From the human T2T-CHM13v2.0 reference genome, Homo sapiens: 64,000 nt of DNA. The position numbers and the translations under genes are program-made. This document shows, piece by piece, positions 59,060-64,000 of this stretch. Position 1 is the stretch's first letter, and each line of letters opens with the position of its first letter. The DNA is taken from the NCBI RefSeq assembly GCF_009914755.1, contig NC_060928.1. The stretch is one strand, 5' to 3'. The notes beneath the pieces are model-generated. The model did no database searches and was not told the origin of the DNA. It saw only the letters and a program-made list of their open reading frames with translations.

Positions 59060-61400
59060 CTGGTACATTTCTACCAAAAAATCCTGCTTATATTTTGACA
59101 GATATTGAATTTGATTTATAGAGAAGAAGGGATTGAGAAGTCAATAAGAGCAAACATAGTATCTTCAAATATATTGGCCCCTAAACCACAAACACAAAAT
59201 GTCTCTGTGTTTACTTAATCTTTAATTTCTGTCAACAATATTTTATAGTTTAAGTGAACAAGTTTAACACTTTTTTGTTAAATTTATTTCTATGCATTTT
59301 ATACTATTGTAATGGGATAATTTTCTTTATTTCATTTTAAAATTGTCCATTGCTGGCAGAAGAAAATAATTTTTGTACATTAATTTTTATCTTATGATTT
59401 GGACAACTTTATTGGTTCTAGTAATTTTCTGCAGATACCATTGAATTTTCTACATAGGGAATCATGTCTTCTCTAGATAAAGACAGTTTTACTTCTTTCT
59501 TTAAAAATGGAGATTTGTAATTTTTCTTTGCTTCCTTCCTTTTTTCCTTCTTGTACTATACATGACAATGTTGAACAGAAGAGGCCATAATGGACATCTC
59601 TGCCTTGTTCCTTTTCTTGGAGAGGGATGGGGCAATGGTTATTTTTTCACTATTAAGAATGCTGATAGCTGTGTTTGTTTGGTTTGGTTTGGTTTGGTTT
59701 GTAGATGCGCATAATCAGGTTGAAGAAGTTCCCTTGTATTACTAGTTTGTTGAGAGGTTTTATTATGAATGAGTGCTGGGTATTGTCAACAGTTTGTTAT
59801 GCTTCTCTTGAAGTATCACGTGATTTTTGTCCTTATTCTGTTAGTATGGCCTATTTTATTAATTAATTTTATGTCAAACCAGTTTTACATTCAGGGATAA
59901 ATTCCAGTGTTGAATTCTCTTTATATGTTGCTGGATTTGATTTGCTAATATTTTGTTAAGGATATTTGAATATTCATGATGAATATCTGTCTATATGTTT
60001 CTCTCTCTCTCTTTTTTTTAATGTCTTTGTCCTGCTTTGTTACCAGCCTATTCCTGGCCTTATAGAATGAAGTAAGAAATGATTTCTTCTTCTATATGTT
60101 TTAAGAGATTGTACAAGATTGGTATTATTTCTTCCAATATTTCATAGAATTTAACATACACGAAAGATGAGCCTTAGGCTTTCTTTATAGGAAGAATTTT
60201 AATCTCAGTTTTTTTTCTTGTTGTGAGTCTATTCAGAATTTCCATTTTTTCTAGAGTCAGTTTTGGCAATTGGCATCATGAAAAAGAAATTGTTCAATTT
60301 TATCTAAGATGTCTAATTCATTGACTTAAAATTCTATATAGTATTAAAATTATTTTAATTGCTATACAGATTGTAGTAATGTCTCTCTTTTAATTTTCAT
60401 TTTATTAATCTGTTGCTTCTTTCTTCTTTTACTTGGTTAGAATAAATGATAGTTTGTCAATTTTCTTGATCTTTTCAAAGTTTCATTGACTATGTATTCT
60501 GCTTCATTAATTTCATCTCTAATCATTAATATTTCCTTCCTCTTTTTAAAACATAATTTCAACTTATATACTGTATTTAGGGATTACATGTGCAGGTTTT
60601 TTACATTAGTTTATTGCTCAATGTGCTAAGGTTTGTGGTACGAATGATCCCTTCACACAGGTAGTGAGCATAGTACCTAATAGGTAGTTTTTCAGCCCCG
60701 ACACTCCTGCCTCTTTCCCCTCTCTAGTGTCTATTGTTCCCATGTTTATATCCATGTGTACTCAATATTTAGCTTAGATTTATAAGAGAGCATGTGGTAT
60801 TTGGTTTTCTATGCCTGCATTAATTTGATTATACTTCCTATTGGTTACTTTGCAGTTTGTTTGTTTTCTAGTTTCTGAAAGTAAAAACTTAGATTATCGA
60901 TTTGAGACTTTTTTTATTTTACAGGTCTTGAAAGCTATTCACATATATTGTGATATAAATTTCTCTCTAAGTGCTGATTTAGCTACATCTATAAATTTTG
61001 GTATTCTGTGCTTTATTTTCACTGAGATTATATTACCCTCTAAATTTTCTTAAAATTTCTTATTTGACATACTTATTAATATTTCTTAAAGTATATTTGT
61101 TAGATGTTAAAATAGTAACTTCAGTTTCTATTCAACTTCTCTTTTGGTTACTATTTGCATGGTACATTTTTGTATTCTTTTAATATCAATATATTTATAT
61201 GTTTGAATTTAGAAAGTATGTCTTGTAAATATTATAAATTGGCTTTTGCTTTTTGTATTCATTTTGACAGTCTCTGTCATTTTATTGAGGTGTTTAGAAC
61301 CTTCACATTTAATTTGATATGGTTAGCTTTATATTTGCCATTTGGTTATATGTTTTCTATGTTTCTGTCTTTTTTCTTTCCACTTTTTTCTTTATTCTAT
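59060..61400 (-). mobile_element. Old L1M ORF2
   Basis: AAAGACAGTTTTACTTCTT, TCAGGTTGAAGAAGTTCCCTT, TTTGCTAATATTTTGTTAAGGAT. Confidence 0.75.
60545..60830 (-). mobile_element. L1PA16-like 3' end
   Basis: ACATGTGCAGGTT...CAGGTAGTGAGCATAGTACCTAATAGGTAGTTTTTCAGCCC. Confidence 0.85.
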
Positions 61401-61739
61401 TATTTTGTGTTAAACAAATACATTCTAAGAAATCTATAAAATAGAAAAATATGATTCATTTTTCACTGTGTTATGAAAAATAAATGTGAGTATATGGCTA
61501 AAAATTTATAGTATTATTTTGAATCAGGTCTAGTTGACCTATCTAATTACTTTGGGGGTTGGTTTTTTTCTAGTGTTTTAAGAAGAAAACTTATATTATT
61601 AATCAGAAAATCTTCTTTTTTCTGATATAGGTGTTGAAAGATGTTAAAATTTATGTCATAAATTTTATATCATCTGTATAAATTTATATCATATATGAAA
61701 TTCTCTATATGTTCCAACACTTACATCTTCCTGTGTGCC

Positions 61740-62668
61740 TGTAATCATGCCATTCTCAGTAAAAAGAGCAAAGCTAGAGGCATTATATTATACGATTTCA
61801 AAATATACTACAAACTATAAACCAAAACAGCATAATATTGATAATAAAACAGACACATAGACCAATTAAACAGAATAGAGAACCCAGAAATAAATTCACA
61901 TATTTATAGACAACTTATTTTTTACAAATACACCAAGAACATACATTGGGGAAAGCAGATTTCTTTGTTAAATGATGATAGGAATACTGGATATCTACAT
62001 GCAGGAGAGTAAAACTAGACCCCTATCTCTCACCCTATACAAAAATCAACTAAAAATGGATTAAAGACTTAAATCTAAGACTAGTAACTGTAAAGTTACT
62101 AGAAGAAAACATAGTCGATACAATTTAGCATATTTGTCTGAACAAAGACTTTATGGCTAGAACTTCAAAAGCATTGGCAATAAAACCAAATATAGACGAA
62201 TATTAAACTAAAAAGCTTCTGCACAGGGAGGGAAACAATCAAAAGAGTGAAGACAGAACCTGTAGAATGAGAGAAAATATTTGGAATCTATTCATCTGAC
62301 AAGGCACTAATATTCGGAATATACAAGGAATTCAGACAACTCAATAGCAAAAAAACAAACAAACAAACAATCTTACCAAGAAGAGGGCAAGGGATCTGAA
62401 GAGATTTCTCAAAAGAAGACAAACAATGACTGATGGGTATATGAATAAATGCTCAATATCACTTATCATCAGGGAAGTGCAAATCAAACCACGATGAAAT
62501 ATTATCTCACTCCAGTTAGATGGTTACCATCAGAAAGATGGAAAAAAATGACAAATGTTGGTGAGGATGCAGAGAAAGGGTAACTTTGCCCAATGTTCAT
62601 GGAAATGTAAATTGGTATAGCCACATGGCAAAGGGTGTTGTGGTTTCTCAAAGAACTAAAAAGAGAGA
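61740..62668 (+). mobile_element. L1MA ORF2 3' part
   Basis: ACAGAATAGAGAACCCAGAAATAAA, AAACTAGACCCCTATCTCTCACC, CTAAAAAGCTTCTGCACAG. Confidence 0.88.
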
Positions 62669-62669
62669 A

Positions 62670-64000
62670 AAGGAAGAGCAAGATGGCAACAGAAGGCCCC
62701 ATTTATTGCGCCCCCTTCACAGGAACATCAAATTTAACCGCTAGCTACACAAAAAAATCACCTTCTTAAGAAATAAAAATCAAGTGAGCACTCACAGTAC
62801 CTGGTGTTAATTTCATATCACTGAAAGAGGCACTGATGAGGGTAAAAAAGACTGTCTTGAATTGCCAATATCACCCTTCCCTGAGCCCAACCACACTGTG
62901 GCCACATGGTACAGAGAAATCTATGCAATTGGGAGAAGGAAAGTGCAGCAAATAGACTTCTATCAAAATCAGTGCTGCCCTGTCACAGTGGAAGGCAAAA
63001 TTAGACTGAACTCAGCTGATGCCTGCCCATGAAGGGAACATTCAGACCAGACCTACCCATAGGGGAATAATCCATTCCAGTGATTGAAACTTCAGTTCGG
63101 GCAGGTCTCACCATCACAGGCTGAAGTGCTCTGGGGCATTAAATAAACTTAAAAGGCAATGTAGGCCAAAGAGACTACAAGTCCTAGTACTAAGCTATGC
63201 TCAGAGCCAGTAGACTTGGGGTGCACATGGCTTACTAGACACCAACCACAGCAGTTAAAGAAGTGTTTATGCCATTTCTACCCCAACCCCAAGGAGCACA
63301 ACTCTCAGCTCTAAAAGATACCCTTTGCTTTCATTTGAAGAGAGGAGAGGGAACGGTAAAGAGGATTTTTGTCTTGCATCTTGGATATCAGCTCAGCCAC
63401 AGTACAATAGGACACTGGATAGAGCTGTTAGGCCCCCATTATAGGACCTAGCTCCTGGACAACATATATAGACACACCCTGGGTCAGAAGCAACCTGCTG
63501 CCTTGAAGGGAAGGACCAAATCTTGGCAGAATCCATCAAATGCTGACTAAAGAGCCCTTGAGCTCTGAATAACCAGCAGCAATACTCAGGTAGTACACTA
63601 TGGGCCTTGGATGAGACTTTTAGATGTGCTGGGTTTAGGTGGTGGCTACAGTTAGAGACTCCTTCTGCTTGAGAAAAGCAGAGAAAAATGTAAAGGGAAC
63701 TTCGTCTTGCAGCTTAGGTACCATTTTGGTTACAGTGGAGTAGAACACCAAGTGGGATCTTCTATTCAAGGCCCTGGCAATTGGATGGCATTTCTGGACC
63801 TGCCCTGGACCAGAAGGAAGCCCACTGTCCTGATGGGTGAGTCCTAGGCCTACTAGCATCCACCACAGGCTGACTGAAGAGATCTTGGGTATTAAGTGTA
63901 TATTGGAAGTAGCCTAGCTAAACTCCCTGTGGGTCTGTGGTGGTGGTGGCCACAGAGTATGGTTCCTCTGCCTGTGGAAAGGGAGAGGAACAGTGAAAAG
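62670..64000 (+). mobile_element. L1M1/L1MA-type 5' UTR, continues beyond the window
   Basis: GAGCAAGATGGC start (YY1-type), CAGGAACATCAAATTTAAC, CACAGTACCTGG...CATATCACTGAAAGAGGCACTGA. Confidence 0.8.

Overview
Primate (human or great-ape-like) non-coding genomic DNA, AT-rich and dominated by interspersed repeats: about 13 Alus (J, S and Y subfamilies), many L1 fragments of different ages, ERV1 solo LTRs (MER52, MER41, LTR9, MER4-group), MaLR/ERVL LTRs, MIR/L2 relics and DNA-transposon MITEs (Made1, MER30, MER45, MER63). I find no credible protein-coding gene; the longer ORFs I could interpret come from Alu, L1, LTR or low-complexity sequence. I cannot support a previously undescribed biological system here. 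The most notable observations are: a decayed 7SL (SRP RNA) retrocopy split by an Alu in its S domain; a MER41B-like LTR keeping both STAT1 GAS motifs inside a three-LTR cluster; an unexplained ~200 bp dispersed duplication with palindromes at one junction; a twin-primed inverted L1 inside a multi-level nested insertion; a near-consensus AluY; a full-length Made1 (miR-548-type) hairpin; and several interlocking-palindrome scars. Repeat subfamily names come from remembered consensus sequences compared by eye, so they need RepeatMasker/Dfam confirmation, and boundaries of old elements are approximate.
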